Part shown: positions 39,475 to 48,859 of the stretch, piece after piece
Numbering within the stretch: position 1 is the stretch's first letter
Layout of the letters: each line of letters opens with the position of its first letter
Source: an uncultured Thermoplasmata archaeon
GTDB lineage: Archaea > Thermoplasmatota > Thermoplasmata > UBA10834
Assembly: GCA_963719945.1 (NCBI GenBank)
Contig: CAVRDX010000003.1
Coordinates: 256,001-320,000, forward strand
DNA length: 64,000 nucleotides
Direction: 5' to 3'
Translations under genes and position numbers: made by a program
Notes under the pieces: generated by a model
Databases searched by the model: none
Seen by the model: only the letters and a program-made list of their open reading frames with translations
What the model was told of the DNA's origin: nothing

Positions 39475-41400
39475 TCAGTCGACGGCTGGCAACATGACGT
39501 TGAATACTGCGCCAGCCCTCTGGTTCCCCTTCTCCCTGTCCTCAACCCAGATGCGTCCTCCGAACTGCTCCGCAATGGATTTGACTATCGATAGTCCGAG
39601 TCCTATGCCCTTGCCGCCTGATACCCTCGGTGCGAACTTGCCGAATATGGCCAACTTCTTGTCGTCAGGCACGCCGACACCGTGGTCCGCTATCGAGATC
39701 ACCCACCAATGGCGGCTCTCCTCCTCGCGTCTAATGATTGAGATCTCTATCTCAACGATTTCTCTGGGATCATACTTGATTGAATTGTTCAACAAGTTCT
39801 GGAACAGGTCGTGCAAGAGGTCGTTGCCTCTTATCAAGCACCTGCTGTCAGGCGCATCTATGCGAATGGACACCGTCTTCTCCGTGCTTGATTCTCTGAA
39901 ATCTTTTGCGAGCCCGTGCAGTATCGGGACGAGATCGATCGTGAGCATCTTCTCAGTCCCTTTCTCCTTGACGAAGACAAGTTGCTTGATCCTTGAGATC
40001 AGATCATTGCTGAGCTCGATCTGTTTCCTGGCCTTACCGAGGGCCAAGTCCCTATGCTCGTCCTGCACATCCTTCTGTGTGGCCATGTCGATCAGGACGC
40101 CTATGCCCGTGTTGTAGTTGCTTATGTCGTGGAACAGTAGTCTGTTGAGCATCTCGATGTCCTGTTTGCTCGAAACGATCTCCTCTATCAGGTCGTTGTT
40201 GCGGAATGCGAGCGAGACGATCGATCCATAAACACTCATCATCTCGAGCAGGTCCTTCTCGAACATGCCATCATCGGGTCGATCCATCGCATATATCACC
40301 GCGACGATATCGTTATAATGATCTCTGAGTGGGATCACGAAAAGGTCGTATCGGATATCGATTTCTCTACTACCCGCATCAGCAGATTTCTGAATGGCCA
40401 TTATCATCTTGGAATCGGTCGGCTTGATCGGCATCTGCGATAGCCGATGCTCGGTGAACTGCATCATGGGGATCCAGAACAGATCCTCGGTGAATCGGTA
40501 CGCCGAATCACAATCGAGGTGGACCATTTTCGCGAACATGGGTCTGGCATCTTCCGATGAATCGCCGTTAATGAATCTGAAAAGCCCTTCTCTTTCATCA
40601 AGCAACGCAACCTGACAATTCCTGAATCCGAGGTGCGCGGAGAGAAAGTCCCTGGCCGCTACGAGCATCTCTGACCGGTCCATGGCCACGACAATCCTTG
40701 TGGCGAGGTTGAGCAAGCTCGAGAAGACCCTTGCACGCCACGCACTGGCGCCAAGCATTGATTCCTGTACGGTCCACATGCCGGATAATTCTATAGCGAT
40801 AGATGCGACTGAAGCGAGTATCTCCAGCTGGAAGATGACATTCCTGGGTGGTTTTCTGTGGTTCACCGTCTCCATTATCTCTATGCATCCCAGCTGCTTC
40901 CCGTTCTTGTCGAAAAGAATCGTGTCGATGAAATCCATCGGATGCCATTCGTCAGGATCCTTCCTTGAGGGCAGACTTCTTGAAACACCGTCATAGAACG
41001 AACTGTCGAAATCCTCTATGAGAACATACTCTCCAGGTGCGAAGAATGTGAGCGCACCTATCTTGTCAGAAATCTTGAGTGTATCCTTCCAACTTTCAGC
41101 GGAATATGAAACTCCCTTTATCTCCGCTGCCTGGTCCTCAGGGTACCCGACAAGATGCCGAACCCTCCACACGCCAGTTTCTGGATCGGTCCTGTATATG
41201 ACCAACTTCTTTATCGCGAACAGCTCGGTCGCTGCCTTGCCGATGATCTCGAGTATCTCAGACTCGTCCCTGTGGTGAAGGACTACGAGGGATATCTCCA
41301 GGATCTTCTTGGCGAGGTCGTCACTGACCTCGTGCTCAATCATATCCTTCTCGGGCCTTTCTCTGTATCCTCTGCCCGAGGAGGTCTCACCAGAGTCCAC
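39475..41400 (-). CDS. Cytoplasmic GAF-GAF sensor histidine kinase
   Basis: HDISN H-box, NLLNNSIKY, DHGVG, GIGLGL; two GAF-like segments. Confidence 0.9.
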   Translation of the reverse strand: MDSGETSSGRGYRERPEKDMIEHEVSDDLAKKILEISLVVLHHRDESEILEIIGKAATELFAIKKLVIYRTDPETGVWRVRHLVGYPEDQAAEIKGVSYSAESWKDTLKISDKIGALTFFAPGEYVLIEDFDSSFYDGVSRSLPSRKDPDEWHPMDFIDTILFDKNGKQLGCIEIMETVNHRKPPRNVIFQLEILASVASIAIELSGMWTVQESMLGASAWRARVFSSLLNLATRIVVAMDRSEMLVAARDFLSAHLGFRNCQVALLDEREGLFRFINGDSSEDARPMFAKMVHLDCDSAYRFTEDLFWIPMMQFTEHRLSQMPIKPTDSKMIMAIQKSADAGSREIDIRYDLFVIPLRDHYNDIVAVIYAMDRPDDGMFEKDLLEMMSVYGSIVSLAFRNNDLIEEIVSSKQDIEMLNRLLFHDISNYNTGIGVLIDMATQKDVQDEHRDLALGKARKQIELSNDLISRIKQLVFVKEKGTEKMLTIDLVPILHGLAKDFRESSTEKTVSIRIDAPDSRCLIRGNDLLHDLFQNLLNNSIKYDPREIVEIEISIIRREEESRHWWVISIADHGVGVPDDKKLAIFGKFAPRVSGGKGIGLGLSIVKSIAEQFGGRIWVEDREKGNQRAGAVFNVMLPAVD

Positions 41401-41618
41401 ACTTATCAGTTGCCATTATGGTCGTTGACCGATATTAAAAGAGGGGGCAGATGCTAGGCTCGATTCGGGCCGGTTAGCGTATGGCTATGGATTGGAGATA
41501 TCTGAGCTGTTGTGGCTTAGCCATGCGCTATTCTCCTTCTACACGTGAGAATTGCACTTACTCTAAATAGGGGAACGATATACCCTTTTTAGAAACAGGT
41601 CTTAGGAGGCCTCTGGCA

Positions 41619-42926
41619 ATGAGAAAATGGAAGGATATACCACTCTGGAAGGATGTAAGTCCCAAGCAGTGGACTGATTGGAAGTGGCAAGTGAGGAACC
41701 GCATCACGGATGTCGACACACTTGCCCAAGTCATCAATCTCACCCCTGAGGAGAAGGAGGAGATTCGCAACTCGATGAAATATCTCCGGATGGCAATCAC
41801 TCCATACTACGCTTCTTTGATGGACCCGGACGACCCGATGTGCCCGATCAGGCGACAGGCGGTTCCGACGTCCGCGGAACTTCATGTCGGCAAGGACGAT
41901 CTGGAGGACACTGTCGGGGAGACGACCGACGCGCCCCATGAAGGGCTGACTCACAGATACCCCGATCGCGTCCTCCTGCTTCTTACTGACCAGTGCAGCA
42001 TGTACTGCAGGCATTGCTGCAGGAGGAGGATTGTCGGCACGACCGACCACGCCCGCAGCTGGGATGAGATCAAGGCCGGCATCGATTACATCAGAGACAC
42101 CCCGCAGGTGCGGGATGTTCTTCTCTCCGGAGGGGACGCGCTGCTGGTATCAGACGCGCTATTGGAGAGAGTTATCCGGGAGATCAGGAAGATCAAGCAT
42201 GTCCAGATAATCAGGATCGGCTCTAGGACGCCAGTTGTCCTACCCTATAGGATAACTCCGTCCCTTGTGAAGATGCTCCGGAAGTATCACCCTATCTGGC
42301 TCAACACCCATTTCAACCATCCGAACGAGATAACGCCAGAATCGAAGCGTGCGGTGGAGATGCTAGCCGATGCGGGCATACCCGTGGGCAACCAGACTGT
42401 CCTGCTGAAGACGGTCAACGACTGCCCGACCATCATGAAGAAGCTCTGTCAGGACCTGACATACATCAGGTGCAGACCCTATTACATCTACCAATGTGAC
42501 ATAGCCAAAGGTCTCGAGCACTTCCGCACGGCCATATCCAAAGGGATAGAGATCATCGAGAACCTCAGAGGGCACACTTCGGGCTACGCGGTCCCTCAGT
42601 TCGTGATAGATGCGCCGACTGGCGGCGGGAAGATACCAGTCGGTCCGACCTACCTGATATCGCAGTCTGACAAGCGTGTGATACTGAGGAACTACGAGGG
42701 CGGCATATTCCAGTTCCCGGAGGTCGAAGGTGACAGGATAAGCCGATGCCCACCGAACTGCAAGTTGTGCGAGACATACGAACATCTCGAATCCAAAGAG
42801 GGCGTTGCGTCGGTCTTGTCAGGGAGAAGGATGTGTCTCATCCCAGAAGGTACAGCAAGGGAAGAGCGCAGGAAAGGGTACGACAGGAAGCCGAAATCTA
42901 AGCCGCCAAAGTGCACGAGCTTCTGA
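41619..42926 (+). CDS. kamA: Lysine 2,3-aminomutase (radical SAM, PLP)
   Basis: HRYPDR, CSMYCRHC, LSGGD, YQCD, VIDAPTGGGKIP, C-terminal Cys cluster CPPNCKLC. Confidence 0.93.
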   Translation: MRKWKDIPLWKDVSPKQWTDWKWQVRNRITDVDTLAQVINLTPEEKEEIRNSMKYLRMAITPYYASLMDPDDPMCPIRRQAVPTSAELHVGKDDLEDTVGETTDAPHEGLTHRYPDRVLLLLTDQCSMYCRHCCRRRIVGTTDHARSWDEIKAGIDYIRDTPQVRDVLLSGGDALLVSDALLERVIREIRKIKHVQIIRIGSRTPVVLPYRITPSLVKMLRKYHPIWLNTHFNHPNEITPESKRAVEMLADAGIPVGNQTVLLKTVNDCPTIMKKLCQDLTYIRCRPYYIYQCDIAKGLEHFRTAISKGIEIIENLRGHTSGYAVPQFVIDAPTGGGKIPVGPTYLISQSDKRVILRNYEGGIFQFPEVEGDRISRCPPNCKLCETYEHLESKEGVASVLSGRRMCLIPEGTAREERRKGYDRKPKSKPPKCTSF

Positions 42927-42953
42927 AACCCTCTTCGAAACCATTTCCCTTCT

Positions 42954-43625
42954 TCATTTATCCGTGAGCGATGCCTTGATTATCCTGTATGTCCCAGAGT
43001 GCTGGGACCAATTGCACCCCGCCTCGTCTATGTGAATCCTCTTCCGGAAGTTGGGGCCGTTCGTCACGAATGTCTCTATCTCCCCTCCCTCCCCTGAGAC
43101 GCTTATCCTGAACTTCTCCCTCAACTTCTCAAGGTCTTTGATCGTCTCGGAAGTTATCACCCTCCCGAGCCATTCCTCGTCAAAGCCATGGGCGTACACT
43201 CCTATCACCATGAACTCGAACCCTGCATGGACCATATCCTCCAGCAAGGCTACCTGGTTCTTGCGCCAGAGGGGTGAGTACAGAGGTTTGCCTAGTTTGT
43301 GACATATCCCATTCAATCGGGTCCACTGATAGTCCGATGCTATGGCACCCGATAGGAACCCGTCCACATCCTCGTCTTCCATCAGTGTCTGGATGTCGTC
43401 CAGTTCCTTCTCCTTCTCTCCGGAGCTGGTCCTGTGTTTGATCGGTATCCCCATTGCCTCCGCTTGGAGTTCGGTCCATCGGATGTTCGGATAGTGGAAC
43501 ATGTACGAGTCTTCCCGTTCGGGTACGACCGTCAGGAGGCTGGTCACCTCCCATCCTTGCTGCTGGGATAGGTATATCGCGTAGGTCGAATCCTTCCCGC
43601 CCGAGAATAATGCAGAGACTCTCAT
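42954..43625 (-). CDS. Diphthine--ammonia ligase (Dph6)-family PP-loop ATPase
   Basis: FSGGKDS, SYMFH, GAIASDYQ, PLW, GEGGE.ET. Confidence 0.9.
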   Translation of the reverse strand: MRVSALFSGGKDSTYAIYLSQQQGWEVTSLLTVVPEREDSYMFHYPNIRWTELQAEAMGIPIKHRTSSGEKEKELDDIQTLMEDEDVDGFLSGAIASDYQWTRLNGICHKLGKPLYSPLWRKNQVALLEDMVHAGFEFMVIGVYAHGFDEEWLGRVITSETIKDLEKLREKFRISVSGEGGEIETFVTNGPNFRKRIHIDEAGCNWSQHSGTYRIIKASLTDK

Positions 43626-43710
43626 GCTCTTCCCATGCGCATATGTTTGTAGATGGTAAATAAGGACTGCCGTTCCGGGAATCTGGTTGCGTTTATGTAC
43701 CTGCAGTCCA

Positions 43711-43923
43711 ATGCACTCGAACGTGTATTACTGCCCCAAGTGCGATAGGACCGTGTCGAGGGAGCGGCTCATGGAGATCTGCGCGGAGCTCGAATCCAAG
43801 TTCGGAAAGAGCCCTGCGACCACGTTCTGCTGCCCAGTATGCGACACCGAATTCATCGACTTGGACAGAGTTTCACCCGGGGGTGAGAAGCATGTCGGCG
43901 ACACGAGGAAGAGGACGGATTGA
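43711..43923 (+). CDS. Small zinc-ribbon protein
   Basis: CPKC...CPVC; overlaps the creatininase start. Confidence 0.6.
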   Translation: MHSNVYYCPKCDRTVSRERLMEICAELESKFGKSPATTFCCPVCDTEFIDLDRVSPGGEKHVGDTRKRTD

Positions 43924-44668
43924 TGCTAACGAGATTACCAGCCCCGCCTTCGCAGAGGCTGCGAAGGCTGGAACAATAGCCATCCTGCCGATCGGTTCCA
44001 TGGAGGAGCATGGCGCTCATCTTCCGCTGGGCACGGACTCTATGCAGGCCGAGGAGATCGCAGGTCGAATCGCCGATGAATTCAACGCGCTGCTACTTCC
44101 TCCGATCCGTTATGGCGAGTGCAGGTCGACCAGGAACTTCCCAGGGACGATCTCCCTTAGCTTCGAGACGGTTTGTGCTCTGACGATCGACATCGTGTCC
44201 GAGCTCTCAAGGAACGGCATAGACAAGATACTGGTCCTTACTGGACATGCAGGCTCTGGACACATGGCTGCGATCCGGTTGGGCATCCAGAGGGTAGTTG
44301 AGGACGATCCAGAACTCAAGGTGATGGTGCTCTCCGACTATGATATAGCATACGAGCTGAGAGGAAAGGAATTCCCTGGCGATGATGGTCATGCCGGGCT
44401 CATCGAGACCTCCAGGATACTCAACCTCAGGAAAGATCTCGTGGGCAAGCAGAGACCTGTTGGAAAGGGGAGACCTCCAAAGTTCATGATCGTGAGCGAT
44501 CCCGAACGCTATATCCCAACCGGGGTCATGGGCGATCCGAGGGGTGCGGACGCTGACCGAGGTAGAAGGATCGATGATTACGTTGTCGATGAGCTGTGCG
44601 CGCTCATCCGCAAGAACTTCGGGCTGGTGTCTCGCGGCAGGAAGCGAAGCGTGCGCAGAGGGGACTGA
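43892..44668 (+). CDS. Creatininase/FAPy-deformylase family amidohydrolase
   Basis: PIGSMEEHG.HLPLGTD, FPGT, GH.G, HAG..ETS. Confidence 0.9.
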   Translation: MSATRGRGRIDANEITSPAFAEAAKAGTIAILPIGSMEEHGAHLPLGTDSMQAEEIAGRIADEFNALLLPPIRYGECRSTRNFPGTISLSFETVCALTIDIVSELSRNGIDKILVLTGHAGSGHMAAIRLGIQRVVEDDPELKVMVLSDYDIAYELRGKEFPGDDGHAGLIETSRILNLRKDLVGKQRPVGKGRPPKFMIVSDPERYIPTGVMGDPRGADADRGRRIDDYVVDELCALIRKNFGLVSRGRKRSVRRGD

Positions 44669-44672
44669 TTCA

Positions 44673-45356
44673 ATGGATCATAAGGAGATGGCTGCCAGAG
44701 AAGCTGTGAAGTACATCGAGGATGGAATGGTGGTTGGTCTTGGAAGCGGGTCCACTGCCAGCATTGCGATCAGGTTGATTGGTGAGAAGGTCAAGAGCGA
44801 GGGAATCGACATCATAGGTATACCGACGTCGAAAGCGTCCGATCTGCTCGGTCGTGCGGTCGGTATCAAGATCGGAGAGCTCGACGATCATCCGCATGTC
44901 GACATCACCATCGACGGAGCGGACGAGGTCGGCCCGAGACTCAACCTCGTGAAAGGTCTCGGAGGCGCCCTCCTGCGCGAGAAGATCGTGGCCGCAGCCA
45001 CTCAGCTCGAGCTAATAGTGGTTGATGAATCGAAGTTGGTCCAGTTCATCGGTCAGAAATCGCCGCTGCCAGTGGAGATCGCGAGGTTCTCACACAAGAC
45101 GACCATGCTAAGACTCGCATCACTGGGCTGCACGCCAGTCCTTAGGATGGCGGGAGACGCACCTTATGTCACGGACAACGGGAACTACATCGCCGACTGC
45201 AGATTCCTGAAGATATCTGATCCAGCCGCGATGGAGATCAAGATTGACCAGATCCCTGGAGTCGTCGAGTGCGGTCTATTCATCGGCCTCACGTCGAGGG
45301 TCATAGTCGGAAGCCCTGGCGGGACAAGGATACTTGAGAAACAGTGCATGCTCTGA
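44673..45356 (+). CDS. rpiA: Ribose-5-phosphate isomerase A
   Basis: GLGSGST, DGADEV, KGLGGALLREKIV, TDNGN. Confidence 0.96.
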   Translation: MDHKEMAAREAVKYIEDGMVVGLGSGSTASIAIRLIGEKVKSEGIDIIGIPTSKASDLLGRAVGIKIGELDDHPHVDITIDGADEVGPRLNLVKGLGGALLREKIVAAATQLELIVVDESKLVQFIGQKSPLPVEIARFSHKTTMLRLASLGCTPVLRMAGDAPYVTDNGNYIADCRFLKISDPAAMEIKIDQIPGVVECGLFIGLTSRVIVGSPGGTRILEKQCML

Positions 45357-45370
45357 AGGACATCTGGCGG

Positions 45371-45736
45371 CTACTTCGCCTGTTCCTTCAGCTGCTTGAT
45401 GTTGATATCGATCATCTCGATTTTCTTCCTCTCCTCGGCCTCTATCATCTCGATGATCTTCTCGAACGGTATCGCCAGCTTGTTGGAGTGCACGGGTCTG
45501 CCCTTGCCCTCCTTCTTTATGTCTCTCTTGGCGACCCACTTCCTTCTCCGCAGCTCCTGCATGGCGATTGAGACCTCTGGCTGCCTGAGACTGGTCGCAC
45601 TCTCTATCTCCACGGAAGTCGTCTCTTCCTTCTTACGGAGATAGACAAGAGTCTTAGCCATGTTCTTAGACAGACCTGTCCGCATAAGGAGTTCGACGAG
45701 CACTTCGTCCTTCTTTGTTAGCCCCTTGTCCGTCAT
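45371..45736 (-). CDS. Winged-HTH transcriptional regulator
   Basis: IE..T.LRQPEVS.AM, GKGRP. Confidence 0.85.
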   Translation of the reverse strand: MTDKGLTKKDEVLVELLMRTGLSKNMAKTLVYLRKKEETTSVEIESATSLRQPEVSIAMQELRRRKWVAKRDIKKEGKGRPVHSNKLAIPFEKIIEMIEAEERKKIEMIDINIKQLKEQAK

Positions 45737-45961
45737 ATTATCTGCCTGCCCATTTATTAATTACCAAATATTTATTGTTTCTCATTAGAATGCGACGATA
45801 TTTACCAAGTCTGTTATCAGACACGCTAGGAAATGCGCATGCGCGCCCGTGCTATTATATGGGTCCAACCCCTGCTCTATTCGAAGCTCGGATGAACTCA
45901 ACAATGCTTTTATATAGGTTCCCGCTTACTCGTTCAACGCCCCCAGGGGTCGCTGATTAGC

Positions 45962-46243
45962 ATGAAGATGCCAAGGGTTAGAAAGGAATATTGCCCGAAG
46001 TGCAAGAAGCATACGGAGCATGAAGTCGAGAGGGTCAAGACTAGACCTAGAAGCGAACTCAAGTGGGGTCAGAGAAGGTACAGGCGGGCCACATCTGGTT
46101 ATGGTGGTTTCCCGAGGCCCAAGTATGGGGACCGCCAGAAGCCGACTGTGAAGGTCGCGCTCAGGTATAGGTGCAAGTCCTGCAAGAAGGCTCACCAGAG
46201 ACCATGTTTCAGGGCGAAGACCTTCGAGCTTAAGGAGGTATGA
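45962..46243 (+). CDS. rpl44e: 50S ribosomal protein L44e
   Basis: YCPKCKKHTEH, GYGGFPRP, KPT, CKSC. Confidence 0.96.
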   Translation: MKMPRVRKEYCPKCKKHTEHEVERVKTRPRSELKWGQRRYRRATSGYGGFPRPKYGDRQKPTVKVALRYRCKSCKKAHQRPCFRAKTFELKEV

Positions 46244-46246
46244 TTC

Positions 46247-46432
46247 TTGAATGAGATTCCAGCTCCGACGAGCAAGTTCATCAATGTCAAGTGCCAGGAT
46301 TGCGGCAACGAGCAGATCGCTTTCAACAAGCCCGCGACACATGTCAAGTGCAATGTGTGCGGTGCCACGCTGATCAAGCCCACCGGAGGGAAAGGCCAGA
46401 TCAGGGGGCAGCTGCTCGGAGAGGTCCATTAA
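46247..46432 (+). CDS. rps27e: 30S ribosomal protein S27e
   Basis: [25 protein letters not shown]. Confidence 0.96.
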   Translation: MNEIPAPTSKFINVKCQDCGNEQIAFNKPATHVKCNVCGATLIKPTGGKGQIRGQLLGEVH

Positions 46433-47217
46433 TGCCACGAAAGGTAGAATTTCCAGAAGTGGGCGATCTAGTCATCTGCAGCGTGAAGAACGTCAAGAAT
46501 TTCGGCGCTTTCGTCGACCTCGACGAGTTCGAGGGCAAAGAGGGTTTTATTCACGTCAGGGATGTGGCCACTGGCTGGGTCAAGTACATCAGAGACCACG
46601 TCAGAGAGGGCCAGAAGGTCGTATGCAAGGTTCTAGGTGTGGATCGGGAGCGCGGACACATAGACCTGTCACTCAAGCAAGTCAACGATCACCAGCGCAG
46701 GGAGAAGATCCAGGAGCGCAAGAACGAGAATAAGGCCGAGAAACTCTTGGAGATCGCCGGCGCAAAACTCGGCAAGACGCTCGATCAAGCCTACGATGAG
46801 GTGGGTGAGACTCTGATATCTGAGTTCGGCACCGTGTACAGTTCGTTCGAGGCGGCCGCCGCAGACCCTTCAGTGCTGGAGGACATAGGTGTCGCCAAGG
46901 ACTGGATCGCTGCCCTCGTCGAAATCTCAAATGAGAACATACAGTTACCCTCGGTCACAATCGATGGCACCCTCGAAATATCAACTCCGGCCTCAGACGG
47001 TGTCGATCACCTCAGGGCTGCGCTGATGTCCGGCCTGCACTTCGATGACGCCGAAATCGACATCCTGTATCTAGGCGCTCCGAAGTACAAGGTCACTGTC
47101 ACCGCTGAGGATTACAAATTGGCCGAGAGTGCGTTGAAGCACTCGATCGACAGCATCTCGTCAGAGATTCAGAAATCTGGCGGGACCGCATCTTTCAAGA
47201 GGAAGGAAGAGCTGTGA
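46432..47217 (+). CDS. eif2a: Translation initiation factor aIF2 subunit alpha
   Basis: S1 domain FPEVGDLV, GHIDLSLK, GAPKY, DYKLAE. Confidence 0.95.
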   Translation: MPRKVEFPEVGDLVICSVKNVKNFGAFVDLDEFEGKEGFIHVRDVATGWVKYIRDHVREGQKVVCKVLGVDRERGHIDLSLKQVNDHQRREKIQERKNENKAEKLLEIAGAKLGKTLDQAYDEVGETLISEFGTVYSSFEAAAADPSVLEDIGVAKDWIAALVEISNENIQLPSVTIDGTLEISTPASDGVDHLRAALMSGLHFDDAEIDILYLGAPKYKVTVTAEDYKLAESALKHSIDSISSEIQKSGGTASFKRKEEL

Positions 47218-47381
47218 AGACTCTGCTCATGAAATGCCCTTCGTGCAGGTCGTATACATTGCGCTCGACATGCCCGAAGTGCGGAGGGACAACATTCATG
47301 TCCATGCCTGCCAAGTACTCACCTGAGGATAGATATGGCGAGTACAGAAGACGACTCAAGAAGGAGCTGTCGGAGGGATGA
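47214..47381 (+). CDS. nop10: H/ACA RNP protein Nop10 (55 aa, absent from ORF track)
   Basis: GTG start overlapping the aIF2alpha stop; KCPSCRSYTL..CPKCG...PAKYSPEDRYGEYRR. Confidence 0.93.
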   Translation: MKTLLMKCPSCRSYTLRSTCPKCGGTTFMSMPAKYSPEDRYGEYRRRLKKELSEG

Positions 47382-47384
47382 TAG

Positions 47385-48143
47385 ATGGACGATATCGTGA
47401 TAGTCCAGAAGGAGAAGCCTCAACTGAACGACCCGATCTTGATCGAGGGCCTGCCTGGAGTAGGTAATGTAGGCAAGCTCGCAGCCGAACACTTGGTCGA
47501 TCAGATGAAAGCTACCAAGTTCATAGAGATATTCTCGAAGTATTTCCCGCCGCAGATACTCGTCAACGATTCCGGTACCATCCGCCTCGTGAGCAACGAG
47601 ATGTTCTATGTCAAGAGGCCGGATTCACCCAATGACATAGTCATCCTGGTCGGAGACTATCAGGGGCTCACCCCTGACGGCCAATACGAGCTTTCCGACA
47701 GGGTCTTGAAGATATCGAAGGAGCTCGGGATCAAGAAGATATTCACACTCGGCGGGTACGGGTTGGGAAGGATGATCGAGACTCCACGTGTCCTGGGAGC
47801 TGCCACGGACGAAGCCTTTGTCGAGGAGATGAAGAGCAACGGAGTCACATTCGCCAAGGGCGAGCCGGGGAGCGGTATCGTCGGTGCCAGCGGCCTCCTG
47901 CTGGGTTTGGGTTTGTTGTATGACATCAGATGTGTTTGTCTCATGGGGGAGACATCCGGATACTTCGTAGATCCAAAGGCTGCCCAGGCAGTCTTGGATG
48001 TTCTCTCGAAGACATTGGGCTTTGCGATCGACCTTTCTGCTCTCGAGGACAGGGCAAAGCAGATCGACCAGATCACATCGAAGCTCCGCGAGGCTGAACC
48101 GACACCTGAGCCCAGAAAAGAAGATCTGGGCTATATCGGCTGA
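47385..48143 (+). CDS. Proteasome assembly chaperone (PAC2/PbaA-B family)
   Basis: EGLPGVGNVGK, GDYQ, TLGG, GIVGASGLLLG, MGETSGY..DP, YIG. Confidence 0.92.
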   Translation: MDDIVIVQKEKPQLNDPILIEGLPGVGNVGKLAAEHLVDQMKATKFIEIFSKYFPPQILVNDSGTIRLVSNEMFYVKRPDSPNDIVILVGDYQGLTPDGQYELSDRVLKISKELGIKKIFTLGGYGLGRMIETPRVLGAATDEAFVEEMKSNGVTFAKGEPGSGIVGASGLLLGLGLLYDIRCVCLMGETSGYFVDPKAAQAVLDVLSKTLGFAIDLSALEDRAKQIDQITSKLREAEPTPEPRKEDLGYIG

Positions 48144-48268
48144 TTCTACCCTGCCTATTCAAGTCAGCTTGCCAGCTGTTTGGCGAGATTAAAAAAATAG
48201 GGGGGAGGTAATCCTAATAGTGAGACTCTGAAAAAGGGTAGTTAGAGTGCATCCCATCCCGTTTCTGA

Positions 48269-48505
48269 CTACTTCTTCAGATACTTTTCCTCGAATTGCC
48301 TCATTTCTGCGAGTGTTTGTTCCGCATGTTCCAGCTTCTTCATGCGGTCCATCACGAGCTCCATCCTGGCATATATGAGATCCCTGATGGCGACCCTTAT
48401 CGCCTCGGACCTTGAGGGGAAATCGTCTATCCCAACGAGGAAGTCGAGAGCACGTAGATGGCGCTCTGGTATGCGGATGGTGATCTTCTCAGTTTCAGGC
48501 TCCAT
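48269..48505 (-). CDS. Ribbon-helix-helix protein (CopG/CdrS-like)
   Basis: KITIRIP...FPSRSEAIR.AIRDL. Confidence 0.85.
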   Translation of the reverse strand: MEPETEKITIRIPERHLRALDFLVGIDDFPSRSEAIRVAIRDLIYARMELVMDRMKKLEHAEQTLAEMRQFEEKYLKK

Positions 48506-48732
48506 AATGACCGCCCCGCTATTGTCTCCCTCGCGACGCTTTCTGTACCTCGTATGCCTTACGAGCGTCGGACAAATCCCTTATAAAGTTGTAAATATAT
48601 AAAACTTAGTCTTTTGATATTGACGCATTAATTGATTGGTTTGATGATTGCTTTGAATTCGATTCTTCTGAAAAACACTTTATATAGAGTTCATAATAAG
48701 GTGCCCAAACGCGTCCCGCTGGACGTCAAGAA

Positions 48733-48845
48733 CCCGACTTAGCTCAGACTGGCTAGAGCGGCTGACTGTAGTAAGGATATCGGTACGACCGATTTCAGTC
48801 GCTGATATCAGCAGGTCCCCGGTTCAAATCCGGGAGTCGGGACCA
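48733..48845 (+). tRNA. tRNA-Tyr (GTA) with 35-nt intron at 37/38 (48772-48806)
   Basis: CCCGACT/AGTCGGG acceptor, GCTGA-CT-GTA-G...A-TCAGC anticodon arm, GGTTCAAATCC, ACCA. Confidence 0.94.
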
Positions 48846-48859
48846 CCCTCTCAAAATCC

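Noticed and set aside
39431-41400. Integrated element downstream of tRNA-Pro (or tRNA-Tyr)
   Set aside because: No integrase gene and no duplicated tRNA 3' end seen
48772-48806. Box C/D guide RNA within the tRNA-Tyr intron (CTGA after a complementary tract)
   Set aside because: No convincing box C (RUGAUGA), and the intron is too short for a typical C/D RNA
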